A stretch of 64,000 nucleotides of DNA, from contig CAIIXF020000001.1 of the NCBI GenBank assembly GCA_903813345.2, positions 2,418,001 to 2,482,000 of the forward strand, written 5' to 3'. Origin of the DNA: Owenia fusiformis (Eukaryota). The notes beneath the pieces were generated by a model. It saw nothing but the letters and a program-made list of their open reading frames with translations. It had not been told where the DNA came from and searched no databases. Each line of letters starts with the position of its first letter. Position 1 is the first letter of the stretch. This document shows, one piece after another, positions 25,136 through 53,200 of the stretch. The position numbers and the translations under genes were made by a program.

Positions 25136-27254
25136 TCATTACCTCAGTTCTAGTGAAATATACTATCATGTCACATTGTGACACTATCTAAATTAACTTT
25201 ATTTTTGGTTGATATGAGGTGAATACCAAGTGGACCTTTTGGACTTCCTGCAATATCACTTTGAAATAGAATGAAATATTTGTTTTATTGAATAACTGTC
25301 AAGTTTACCATATTCACGTCATTATTCATTTGTTTAACATTGATTTATACATTCATGGAAGATGATAATTAGAAAGTTCACAGCAATAGAAAATCAAGGT
25401 AGAAAGCGACATAAAGTAAATCTACTTCTTTATTTATATTTATACAGATCATTAGCAACAGTGAAGAAGGACATACGTGAAGTACTGGCTGACCCCAAAA
25501 ATTGACACTTATTTTGAAATAACTTATATATTATATGTTCAATTTAATTGATGAAGATAGTCTGTCAAAATTGAGAAAGTTATTCCAAAATCAGATTGTT
25601 GCATATTTTGGGTCACCTTGTATTTTCAAATTTCTTCAAAGATTTGGCTTATATTCTATCAAAACACAAGATGTCCACAAAGTCTTTTTACACTTTACAT
25701 AGGCTTTGTATTGTAATTGTAGAGACTTTATGGACACCCTGTATATGAAATGTAGATTTATAATTTATTTTCCACAGGTGAAGTTTCAAATATACTCGTA
25801 ACTTGTAGGATACAGTATACTACTTTTCTGTCACCAAGAAGTTGTGACATTGTTTTTGTCACCATTTGTTGTGATTCAGTGCCAATTTCAGTATAAATGG
25901 CAAATTGTTAAACATGTGAAAAATATTGTCATACCTATGTGTTGTTTACATTCATTATACTGAGCCAAAGCAATATTTCTTTTTGAAGTCCATCATAAAC
26001 ATGTTACTTTAACTTTTATGATTGTATATCTATATCATGTCATGTACATTGTGTTTGACATGTACTTATTTATTTATTACAGAACTTAATGCACTTATGT
26101 ACATGTACAATGTTATGTACATTGTGCTTGATATGACAATATATACTTATTTATTGATAATAGAACTTAGTTCTCTTATGTATAAAATGTTACGTACTTG
26201 ATTGACATGAACTTGCCATGTTGTTTATTTATTACAGAACTTAGTTCAATTATTCATATACCTATCCATGTTATTTCCATCATATATTGTAGCCACATAA
26301 TTACTACTAGTCTTATTTATGAATATAATAGTTCTATTTATTTACAAAATGTGATGTACAGATATGGTACACTGTATTTATGTTGTCTCATGGTTTGTAT
26401 TAGAATAATATGTTACTTTTATATTAGTAAATTTAGTAAATTGTTGTGAACAAGGGTGATTTCATAAAGTAGTGTACATTTTGATCTCATACCAAAAGTA
26501 TACATTCAATCATCTTCAATGCGTATCTCTTGCAAATTTGGAAATGTTTGTAACATTTTCTGACATACATGGACACATATTTACTTTCTTTATTTTATTG
26601 TTGAGCATAAACTTTGTAATTTAACGTAAATTGTTTATTTACTTATGAGCTGTCACAGTGTTACAAGTAGACATATCATTCTTTATAGTATAGTGAAACC
26701 TGTAAAGTGGAACACTTTTCCAGCCGACCAACTGACTTACACACTACTGATGCAAGACTATAAGTGGAACACCTCCCAAGTGGATTACTTTTTAGAGGTA
26801 ACAAATGTGTTAAACTTGGACAGGTTTTACTTACTTACAATGTTCTTTATTATCAATATTCAAATTGTGTTATCAGACAATGATATCCATTTTATCTCGG
26901 GAAGGATGAAAACAATAATTGTGAATAGCAAATGTGAAATTATGACAATTTTCTCTCAACTTGTCTCAAGTCTTTAGTAGCACCTTTCAGTATAAAATGA
27001 AATGTTCATGTAAAATGAAACCTTTCTAATTATATAAGTTGTAGGTGTAAGAAGTTGTACCAATATAGTATCTGATGTTGAAAATAAATGTCTCAAATTT
27101 AAACATTCATCTATTTATATTATCTATTTATTCATTTATTCGTATTGTAGTATGAATATTAAAGGAGTGTAAAGTATGTATCTGAACCGGCAATTACTGC
27201 CTTGACTTCAAACCCAGACATAACTTAGGATGTTTTCATAATGAAAACGTTGGT

Positions 27255-27730
27255 ATTGATATTGGATTTGACTTTAATAGTGACAACATTGGCATTGATA
27301 TTAAGGGCTTTGACTTAAATAGTGACAACATAGGTATTGATATTAAGGGGTTCGACTTTAATAATGACACCATTGGCTATGATATTAAAGGCTTTGACTT
27401 TAATAGTGACACCATTGGCTATGATATTAAGGGCTTTGACTTTAATAGTGACAACATTGGCTATGATATTAAGGACATTGACTTTAATAGTGACAACATT
27501 GGCTACGATATTAAGGGCTTTGACTTATTAGTGAAAACATTGGCTGTGTTATTAAGGGCTTTGACTTTAATAGTGAAAACATTGGCTATGATATTATAGT
27601 GACAACATTGGCTATGATATTAAGGGCGTTGACTTTAATAGTGGAAACATTGACACTGATATTGAGGGCTTTGACTTTAATAGTGGATACATTGATATTA
27701 AGGCCTTTGACTTCAATAGTAAAACATTGA
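27255..27730. repeat. 42-bp minisatellite x about 11
   Basis: Unit gatattaagggctttgactttaatagtgacaacattggctat. Confidence 0.93.
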
Positions 27731-27845
27731 CGTATCACTGACATCAACTGGATAAATAATAGACATACGATTAATAATTTTCACAAAAACTGAAGTGCTT
27801 TTACAGTGTTATGCCCCTACCCATTCATCTAGATTTAGAAATTAA

Positions 27846-28020
27846 AGGCCCATTTTGCGTATTTTCAACGTTTTTGGGCAAAATAAAGACTTAGATTTGA
27901 ATTTCATAGTTTGTACAATGTATTGATAAGAACCTTATCTTTCATTTGACACCAACAACAGCTCAAATGGACCATGTCAAAGCTTACAATAAATTATCAA
28001 AAAATATTTTAGATCTGCCT
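27846..28020. mobile_element. Short TTAA-flanked MITE (Kolobok-like termini)
   Basis: ttaa|aggc ... gcct|ttaa; the TIR is short and degenerate. Confidence 0.4.
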
Positions 28021-31000
28021 TTAAGGTACATGGACAACTGACAGAAAAATTAATATGAACAATAACATTACAAGAGTCACTTGGAATGATAATATTTTCT
28101 CTGATAGTGCAAAAGAAATCATTGATAATGTTGTTTTGATATTTTGGCACTATTGGGCAAGAAACTCCACAAGTACCACGGTTGACGACAGAGGAGGAAA
28201 TCTTAAGGATCTGAACATAAGAACTTATAAAAGAAGTTATTTTGAATAAGAAATGTATTCAAAATCCCAATGGAAAAAAATATAGTAGGTTTTCAAGGCA
28301 GTACTCTTCACTTATTTCCATCAAAACTTTATGAAAACACCAATTTAGATTTTACAATGCAAAAATCAAAAACACCATTTTGTAAAAGTTCATTTATTTG
28401 TTACTATATTACAATGTACACTACAGTTTTTTATATACACTTGTAATAATAAATAGTATAATTCATGATTGATCCGACCTACTGCATAATTAGACATATT
28501 GAATGAAAAGAAAATATGATGTACATATACCTCTAAAACGATGTTGTTTCTACAAGAACGTGCCATAATTTCAACTGAGGCATATCTAAGGTTTGTACAT
28601 AGTAGTTCAGGATGTTGGTATGATGCAATTTAAACCAAAGAGTAGCTCCATCAGTGTATGATACTGTACTAAATATTAGCTGAACATATGAGCTTGGGAA
28701 AATATCACATTCTACATTAATGCATCCAGGAACATTTATTCTTTTAGTGAAAGTTATATTTTGAATTCTTATCACGCCCCTATGCAGGTATAACTTACAA
28801 TAATTTTTATTGTATCTCCTGCAACCGTATCATCAAGATTGTTGCTAAGAATACCTAAATCCAAATTCAATGAAAATATATATTTTTGATATTTACAGTT
28901 TAAGTATAGTATAACCACTTTTGTCTACATGAGAGAAAACATATTAAGTATTCATTGTTTTGTATAATTACATCTGGAACTCAATAAGGATTCGTTATAA
29001 AACCTTAAATATAGACTTAACAGTGATTCTAGCAACAGTGGTGCTAATACTCATTTTACATTAAACACAATTCAAACACAACTTCTATTTCAATTTTCTC
29101 AATGATTTGCAATATACAACTCATATACTTGTGAAACAACAATGAGAAATTATGACCAACCAGGCAAATAGCAGATGAAAATGAATAGAGGGGATGGATT
29201 TCTTGAAAATGTAGATGATGTACATGTATACAATATAAGTGTATGAATGGTACCAAGCTTATGCATTGTTCCTCCATATAGTTCTTGAAAATCAGAGAAG
29301 GGGTACAAATACTTGAAATAATATCTAAAATATTAACTACTGCTTTTGTTTTCAGCGTTTATGCTACTCTAGTACTATATGCTAATATACACAATCAAAA
29401 ATAGCTCTGACAATATATTGCAATATTTTAGGACGTCAATAAAATAATTGTTAATTTGTATTTAGCAATATGACAAACTAGATGTGAATAATTTACAACA
29501 GAAGTTTTTCATAAAAACCCAAGTATATCCTTGTCTTATGCTACATTAAAACTGTTCGCAATAACAATACTGTAATACAATACAATAAATTTCATTTTAT
29601 TTGTTCAACTCCATCCCAACACAAATGTTAATAATTAACTACAAATATTGTCTCATTTCCAACTATAAAACAATCAGATGACAATATATTAACACTGAAA
29701 TAAATTCAAATGACTCGTAACACAATTTGCTTTTTGTACAAATCACAATTTTGGCCTAGATGACCTCATTAATCTAAATTATTAGGAAAATGATACATTG
29801 CTAGCATGATTAATAACTAAATCTATAGTTAAAGAACTCTACAAGCAATACAGTCTATACAGCACCTAACTAATGTACTTGCAATGATGAGATATATCTC
29901 CATCAATTGATTAGTTTATGATGAAAAATTAGTAATCAAAATGAAGGCACAACATATCCAACCAAAACAACACATAGTGATCTCAATTAATAATTTACAG
30001 CAAACAATTAAAATTGTTCTCGATAGACAGTAGATGGAGATCAATCCGAGTCTTAAATATGACAAAATGTCACCACCTTGTTACACTTACAAAAGTGTAA
30101 CCATTTGTGACAGATGACTAATGATTAAACACATAGTTACATAAATGATGGATATAACAAGATTTCACCATTTCTTGATGGTGACATAAAAGTTAATAGA
30201 ATGAAAATGTTATTTAAAACATGCCATGGATCCAACAGCTACTGCGAATCCCAATCTATGCATGTTATGATTATTATCATTAAACGTGGGAAAAATCATA
30301 ACCAGGGCTCTAGATGAAGAGAGGTCCAATGGTCACTGTTATTTTACTTTTGATACATACCAGCTTATATTTTCAATATATAGAGATATCAAAATAAAAT
30401 AACAGTGCAATTGGAACTCAAATCTATAACTAAAGCACTGAATACATTACAGGGTTAACCCAATTCTTAAAACAATTAACATGATAAATTTTCAGAGCTT
30501 TCACATGTTATCTGTAACTACATGATTAATAACAGCTTTTAATTCTTTTTTAAACTCAAAACGAGCAAAAGTTTTGTACAAGGACAATGAATGTCTGATC
30601 AACAGAGAAGTCAATGTACATACAAGGTTTATCAAAAATACTTGTATGGATGAGGAATCTTACAGAGGTCTACAAGGACTGGACACAAGAGAGGGATATC
30701 CCAGAATTCATAGATGAACTCTTAGAGGTTCATCTTTACATGGAGATGAATTCTGGGATATTTCCCCCTCTTGAATGGACACCCAATCGTGCATATATAA
30801 TCAAAACTGAAAGGAATTCAAAGCAATAAAGGTGATTCAAATACAAAATCGGTGTGATTAGTTTCATAACACCCTAGTTAGCCTAAAAATCCATAATTTT
30901 CAGTGTACTTTTTAGTTCCTTTGAACATGCTGCAAACATAATATAATCAGATAATATACACAGTATACAACCTTGCAGTCACATTTACCTCTTAATTTGG

Positions 31001-32306
31001 CATTTTAAGAGAAGCTTATTAATCTGCTTTACTCCCCCATATTTGCTTTCTACTAAAGCCTACAATAATAAAATATCTATGCTTCTGTACAAAATAAGTA
31101 TAATGATTTGTTCCAATTCAGGCTAAATAACCCATACCTCTACATACTTCCATACTGATTTGACTATGCACACATCCAACCTGAAACCTAATCTACATGT
31201 ACTCCATTATTTCCTATACTTTATTTCTAACTTTGCTGCTATTGAGCTTCATCAAGGTATGCCAAGTAGAGTAAGTTAGTGGACTAAACAACTTGGACAT
31301 GTTGTGTCACCAATTGGTTTTTATCCTACTTGGCCCACCTTAATATGACTACATGTTAGAGACCTGAATGACAAACACAATCTAGTATTGATAAATTGTG
31401 TTGAACTTTAATTACCAAAATTGTTTCATCTGATAATAGTATATCATTTCCTTATTTCCTGATGACATCATTTGGAAGCTGACTTTATTTTCCTTAAATG
31501 TCACTACAGTCTCTGTGGCATTAAATTATCATTGATATATAATGTAATTTGAAAAGAATTTATAACACCATTGTGGCTCTCAAATTAAGTGCTTTAAAGT
31601 GATTTAGGAACTCTTAAGGAATTTCATGTGACATATGAGTAAAAAAATACAACAAAAAAGTACAATTTCCATCACTCACAACAAATTGATTTGTCATTCA
31701 GGCTCTTTTCAGGCTTTACATCATTTTATTTGAGTGCTTTCTAATCCTATGCTCTACATTTCTTTAGCTGCTCTTTGTTTCACTTAATCTCTTACAAACA
31801 CTAAACTCTGTTTTATGTACAATATATATCAATTCTCACGCTATGTACAACTTATTTTCTTTTTTAAATTTCCTATTATTGTGTTAGTTTAGAAGCTCTA
31901 AAATTACCTGACACCCTGTATATTATAGTAAGTCATGGTTAGTCATTAGCTGAATTTGGACACACCTTTCTATGAGCCCAATACACTTGTGGGTGTACAC
32001 TCATTGGGGATACACTTCTACATTCTAACAATACTGTTAGAACACTAAATTGCACAATAAATTTCAGTATTAAGGCAATTCAATGTTTCCATTGAATGAA
32101 ATTCATATACAATTGTAATCAATTAAATAATGTATAAACATGATTTTGTGTAATGATATTTTTATAAGTAAGATACTCAATTGATCATTCATAATATCAA
32201 ATGAAGCATGGCCTTGGTTAACATGATTAAAAATAATAGAAATGTCTCTTATGTATGGGACAAGACAACGCTATTGCACATGCTCTAGCGTATGGTCTGG
32301 AATGTG

Positions 32307-46908
<14,602 letters not shown>

Positions 46909-47299
46909 TTTGGAAAATTATGGGATAGCGTAAATTATTTCAAAACGAGGCTGGCCTAATTGATACGTATCTTGAAAGATACATTGTGATTGGTTAATCA
47001 ATCTAGCTCATTTATCGTATTTTTATCAATTATATGTAAAATATAGAAATTTTGGTACATCCTTGCCATCAAGTGAAGTCTAAACAACTGGTGAATATTG
47101 TTTATATCATTCTTTTGGCTGAGTTAATGATATTACACAAAACAAATGCTTAAAACTCTGCAGTGTGTGAAAGAAGAATCAACCAATCAAATCATGTTTT
47201 ACTAAGCATCACTTGAAGGCATAGCAACCTGACTCTCTAATTTTTGAAAAGTTGTAAATGTGAAGTTTTACCCCAAAACAAAATAGTTTAGGAAACAGT
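46909..47299. promoter_or_regulatory. Bidirectional promoter of MIER (-) and DNAI4 (+)
   Basis: The two start codons are only 391 bp apart. CCAAT boxes occur in opposite orientations (attgg at about 46989, ccaat at about 47183). There is an RFX X-box half site catagcaac at 47220-47228, and a YY1-like caaaatggcgg overlaps the MIER ATG. Confidence 0.75.
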
Positions 47300-50200
47300 A
47301 TGTCGCAACATAGAAAGAGCCTATACCCGGGGTATGTTAAAACAAATTTTCAACTGCTTAATTTCCAGGAATTTGATTTTCTGAAGAGATCTGAAAAATT
47401 TCATGATCAGTGATTCTAAAAAATGATGAACCAACTTGATTTTCAAGTTCAGAGTTTTTGATTTTGACTCATACGCTTACCTCACAAAACAAAGGGGGAC
47501 TTATTTTAGCATCATGTATATGATGGAGTTTATATTCAGTACAGTCGAGCGGAATTTCATTTGCATTCCCATCCATATTGCAAGACTTACAGTAGACTAT
47601 GCCTGGCACAACCGTCACCATGTTATTAGTGTTTTTAAGTTTCGCAAGGATCCTGCCATGACCGTGGTTTTGTTATCGTGAAAGCCTGGTATAACCATCA
47701 CAATGCTATATTATATTGCAAGGCCTGTCATGACTGTGGTAATGTTAAAGCCTGATATGACCGTGACAATGCTATATTATATTGCAAGGCCTGTCATGAC
47801 CGTGGTAATGTTAAAGTCTTATATGACTGTGGCAATGGTTGTAAGGCCTGTCATGACTGTGGTAATGCCCCATTGCCCCCCCCCCCCCCCCAGGATCCGC
47901 CACTGATCTGGTATATATTTATCGCATCCTACGACCCCTTTAGATTGTGGTCGTACGCCCGATTCATTGGTAAGCCTGTCTTTCTATAATGTCGGAGAAT
48001 GAACTACGCATTGCACTATTAAATGACCTACCTCGATACATTCCAGAGTATTTTAGAATTCTTTTTATGTTGTTAGATCGCGAATTGTATGGGTTTATCG
48101 GCAGAACGAAGATATTTTCGTTTTTGATAGCAATATTTGCGTGTAATATTTAACTTATTTCAACCGTCAAATTCCTCCATTCAGTTCCCGGCATGCACCA
48201 GTCATAAGGGAAATCCCTGGGGAATTCCCCTTCCGACATTTTGAAAATTGCTGACATATTTCCGATGTAAAAACTAAAATCTCTTCATTCTGCCGATAAA
48301 CCCATACAATTGGCGATCTAACAACATAAAAAGAATTCTAAAATACTCTGGAATGTATCGACTGAGGTAGGTCATTAAATAGTGCAATGCTTAGTTCATT
48401 CTCCGACATTGTAGAAAGACAGGCTTACCAATGAATCAGGCGTACGACCACAATCTAAAGTGGTCGGTAGGATACGATAAGTATATATAATATTGAACCA
48501 TTGTTTGTCCCATCGGTTCATTTTTGCATGTACATTTTTAGGGCAGATTGAATTTTTCAATTGATTTTAGAATTATGCTTCCATATTATAAAAACTATAT
48601 TAAGCCTACCAAGTGGGCTCACTGGAATGATTGAGTACTCAATAATTCTTATTTTCTGTTTATACAGTGGCCAAGGAGTTGGTGCAAGTACAGCCTCTCG
48701 TAAGAGTAACCAGGTGGTTTCTGTTGCGAGCAAAAGTCGAGTTGGTGGTGGAAGACAAACAACAATCGCTGGTTCACGTACCACTGTACTGTCATCTGGA
48801 AGCAGGAGGAAGATAGGAGGATCAGAAGACAAAGCAAGCGTCAGTAGAGCCCCTGTGCAGGTAAATATCCTATCTGACCTGAGATCTGACAAACTGATGA
48901 TTTTATAGTACCATAAACTCTTTAAATCCACTTTTATTTCATGGTCTTTTATTAGATTGTGTGATTGTGAAATGAATCAGACTTGCCAACCTCCCATTTT
49001 TTTACGGGAATCTCCCGTAAATTTTTTGTTTTTCCGTAAAAAATACTAAACTCTACTCCCGTACCGTTTTCTCCCGTAAACTCCCGTACCGTATTTCTAC
49101 TAAAATCTCCCGTAATTTTTTTTAAAAATATGGTTGTAAAATCTCCCGTATTTTTGCTGAAATCTCCCGTATTCTGGTGTAACTCCTGTAAAATCTCCCG
49201 TATTCTTGGTATAACTCCCGTAAAATCTCCCGTTTTCTGGTATAACTCCCGTAAAATCTCCCGTATTCTTGGTATAACTCCTGTAAAATCTCCGTTTTTT
49301 GCTGTCGAAATCTACCGTATTTAAAAGGAATTTGACAAATTTGTGACCTTGATTATTGCAGGCACGCTTCTTTCTTTTACTCCAAGAAGGTTGGCTCCCA
49401 TGGTTCACTATCGATACTTTCATAAATAACTTAAAAGTACTTCATTCCCATGATTCAAATTGCTTTTCTGCGATCAGTTCGGTATAAGTTTGCACACCAA
49501 ATGTCCACAAATGGGGGCCAGTTCATATTCTGTCATACTTCTGTCAGGAGAATACATTTTATTTTTATATGGCGCTAAACAAAATATTGCCGCAATATAA
49601 GGTGCATTATGGATAGGGACTGCTGTGAAATAATGAACGTAAGTGACATCCATCTTAGATTATAAGTTCTAATTAATTTATTAACTGCGCATGCGTCGTA
49701 ATAATTTCAACCAATTAAATCGCTGGATTTAATGCTCATAAATCTTCCGTAAAAACTCCCTTTTTTCAAAATCTAAAGTAAAAACTCCCGTTATTTCAGA
49801 AATCTATCGTAAAAACTCACGTTTTTTTTCAAAATTTACCGTAAAAACACCAGTTTTTCCAGAAACCTACCGTTAGAACTCCCGTTTTTTTTCCGAAATC
49901 TACCGAAAAAACTCCTGTTCTTTCAAAATCTACCGTAAAAACTCCAGTTTTTTCAAAATCTACCGTAAAAACTCCAGTTTTTTCAAAATCTAAAGTAAAA
50001 ACTCCAGTTTTTTCAAAATCTAAAGTAAAAACTCCTGTTTTTTCAGAGATCTACCGTAAAAACTCCTGTTTTTTCAAAATCTACCGTAGAAACTCCCATT
50101 TTTCAGAAATCTACCGTAAAAACTCCAGTTTTTCCGAAATCTACCGTAAAAGCTCCTGTTTTTTCAGAAATCTACCGTAAAAACTCCTGTTTTTTCAGAA

Positions 50201-53200
50201 TCTACCGTAAAAACTCCAGTTTTTTCAGAAATCTACCGTAAAAACTCCCGTTTTTTCAGAAATCTACCGTAAAAACTCCCGTTTTTTCGGAAATCTACCG
50301 TAAAAACTCCCATTTTTTTTAAAAATCTACCGCAAAAAACTCCCGTTTTTTTCAAAACCTACCGTAAAAACTCCCGTTTTTTGAGAATCTACCGCAAAAA
50401 CTCCTGTTTTTTCTGAAATCTTCCGTAAAAAAGTCAAGTTTTTTAAAATTTACCGCGAAAAATAGCTTTTTTAAAAAATCTCCCGTAAAAACTCCCGTTT
50501 TTTCAAAATCTCCTGTAAAAACTCCCGTTTTTTTTAAAAAATTTACCGCAAAAACCCCCGTTTTTTTTAATCTCCCGTAAAAACTACTGTTTTTTTTCAA
50601 AAATCTCCCGTAAAAACTACCGGATTTTGAAAAAAACTCCCGTAAAAGTACCGCAATTTTTTTTAAATCTCCTGTAAATTTTTCATTTTAGGTTGGCAAG
50701 TCTGTGAATGCTATAAACTTGTAGGCATATCATGTTATCAATGAGATGTTTTAAATCTATGATGCTTGTAGGTAATTGATGAAACTGGGGCAGATGTGAC
50801 TCCTCTTCCACTTCTCCATACAGATCCTAATTCAGTGAGACAGAAACAGAGTAATCTCTTAGGAGATGGCTCTATTGGAACAGTGAGTGAAATATATTTG
50901 AATCATTTGATTACAGTGAAACCTGTATATCTGAACACCTCTCTAATCAGAACACCTCCCAATGTGAACACTTTTCCCCAGTCTCAATTTTGTTATCTCC
51001 CATAGATTCACATATTAAAAAACCTTGAGATGCACACACCTGCCAATTCAAACACTTGACTGGTCCAAGTAATGTTCAGACAGGTTTAGGTTTTACTGTA
51101 TTTATGGAAAACACCTATATATGGTACATGTTTCAGAAGCATATTATTGTCATATAGAGAGATTATGATACAAAATGTTCTTATCAGGATTTAAGTCTGA
51201 AAAGTGTTTTCATTTGAGAGAAATGTTCATGAGAAATGACAATTACAATTTTACTTTAAATCATTATTTTCCATCTAAAGTTTAAACCACTTTGTCTCGT
51301 AATATGCATTTATAGGTATGTATTTTTTTAATTTGAAAAAGTGATTTTGAATGACTTTTTATTTGAAAACTTGTGAATTCAAATATTCTTGTTCTCATGA
51401 AAAATTGTCACATTTATCAATTTAGAATAAGCAATGAATAGCATTACTGTATAGCATATATCCTAATCTGTTTTATCGAGTAAGAAAGAAGATCAGTTGA
51501 AAACTTTTCTTCATATTTCAACTTTTTTAAATGTTTGTTAACAGATTTTTAATTCGCAAGAAATGCTATCAATTTCAAACTTAAGGTATTGAATTTTAAA
51601 CTTCAATTGCATTGATTTTCAGCCTACAGATCTTATGTCCCAGGCATCTATTTACCAAACAGGGACTGTGTCCGCCAGTACATTTGGAGGAGGACCTTTT
51701 ACAAGGTAAAACTTGCCTTTCTCATACATCTATTCACTGATTCAAAATTATTTGTTCAAAACAAAGAACCTTGTAAAAGTTTGTAAAATCTTTGACAAGC
51801 CAATCATGAATTATTGCAGTTCCAAATTTTGGAGACATTCTTTCTATCAATCTGGTGTCATGCACTGCTAAAGGAACTTTGATTTTCTTGCCACCCTGTA
51901 TTTATATATAATTTGATTCACCCTGTAGGTCTGTGTTCAGTCAGTCCCAGTCAGGTGCCTCTGAGTCAGTGGTAGATGATATAGCAGAACCAGCTGCGGA
52001 GATGCCGTCTGCTTTTGCTCGTAAGTGTTGTACATGGAAAGATTTTTTTTAATAAAATTTATCCAACATGGAAACCAATTAAAAGATAACATTTAAATAT
52101 AACACTCTGTAAGTGAAACAATTTTCAGAGCCCTATGAACAATTGAATTAATGTTATATAAACCTCTGCAAGTGGAATACTTTCCAAGTGGAAAATATTT
52201 TTTGGACGTACCACACATGTTCCACTTGCACATGTTTTTCAGTATATATATATTTAAATGATAAATTATATCGCCTCAGAATATACCCCATATATAATGT
52301 AAAATCTCTGATTTTCAGAAATCACTCACGTGAGAGAAGATGTCAAAGAAGAGCTTACAGAGAGTGACTTGGAGAAGATGGTTGATATAAAACTGACAGA
52401 GACAGATACAATATGGATGCTAGACATGCCTGGTGTTTGCGTGCCTGCGGACAGTGATGAAGCAGTCACCGTCAAAGAACAAAATGAACTTTATAAAGAA
52501 GTGAGTTTTTGTATTTTTATTCATTTTGAAATGTAAAGATTATGTACAAAGTAGTTTACTGAATCATTGACTTAATGATGAATTTTGTCTGTAGTATTAT
52601 ATTTCTATTGGTTTGCGTTTGCTATTAAAATATGGCTTGCTTTCAGCTGTGTAAAACAAGAGTCGGCAATGACCGCTATGTTGAGAGAGGAGTTACAACA
52701 TTCAATGAACCACCAAAACTGAAGGTTGTACAGACAACCCGGATAAATCATAATGTAAGTACTTATAAATATGTAGATAGAATTCTAATCTATTTCATTA
52801 CCATTAAAGAATAATTAAATCAATTTATGTCATGCTTTGTGAATCTCTCGTATTTGCCACCCTGTTGCCCTATTGGGATTTTAGATCGAAGACCAAGTTG
52901 TCATAAATAGTTCATGTAAGTGTGGAATGAAAGATCAAAATGTATTGTACAGTTATACCTTTTTATCCCATACTTGGACGTGTTACAGGTACATAAAGCC
53001 GGTTTGTAAAAACTTATATTTTCATCAGCGGGCAGATATAGCTTTACGTCCCGCTCCGAGCGGGCAGATATAGTATATCTGCCCGCTACGTCACAATCGC
53101 TACTCGCATATTTGTTCATAATTTGTAACGTTCGCGTAATGACTGTAAACGACAATGGAGAAAACACAGACAATCGGGATCTGTTTGATGGTTTAAAAAA

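Noticed and set aside
49100-50600. ORFs 49100-49423, 49130-49324 and 50352-50600
   Set aside because: Translations of the tandem arrays inside the hAT-like element.
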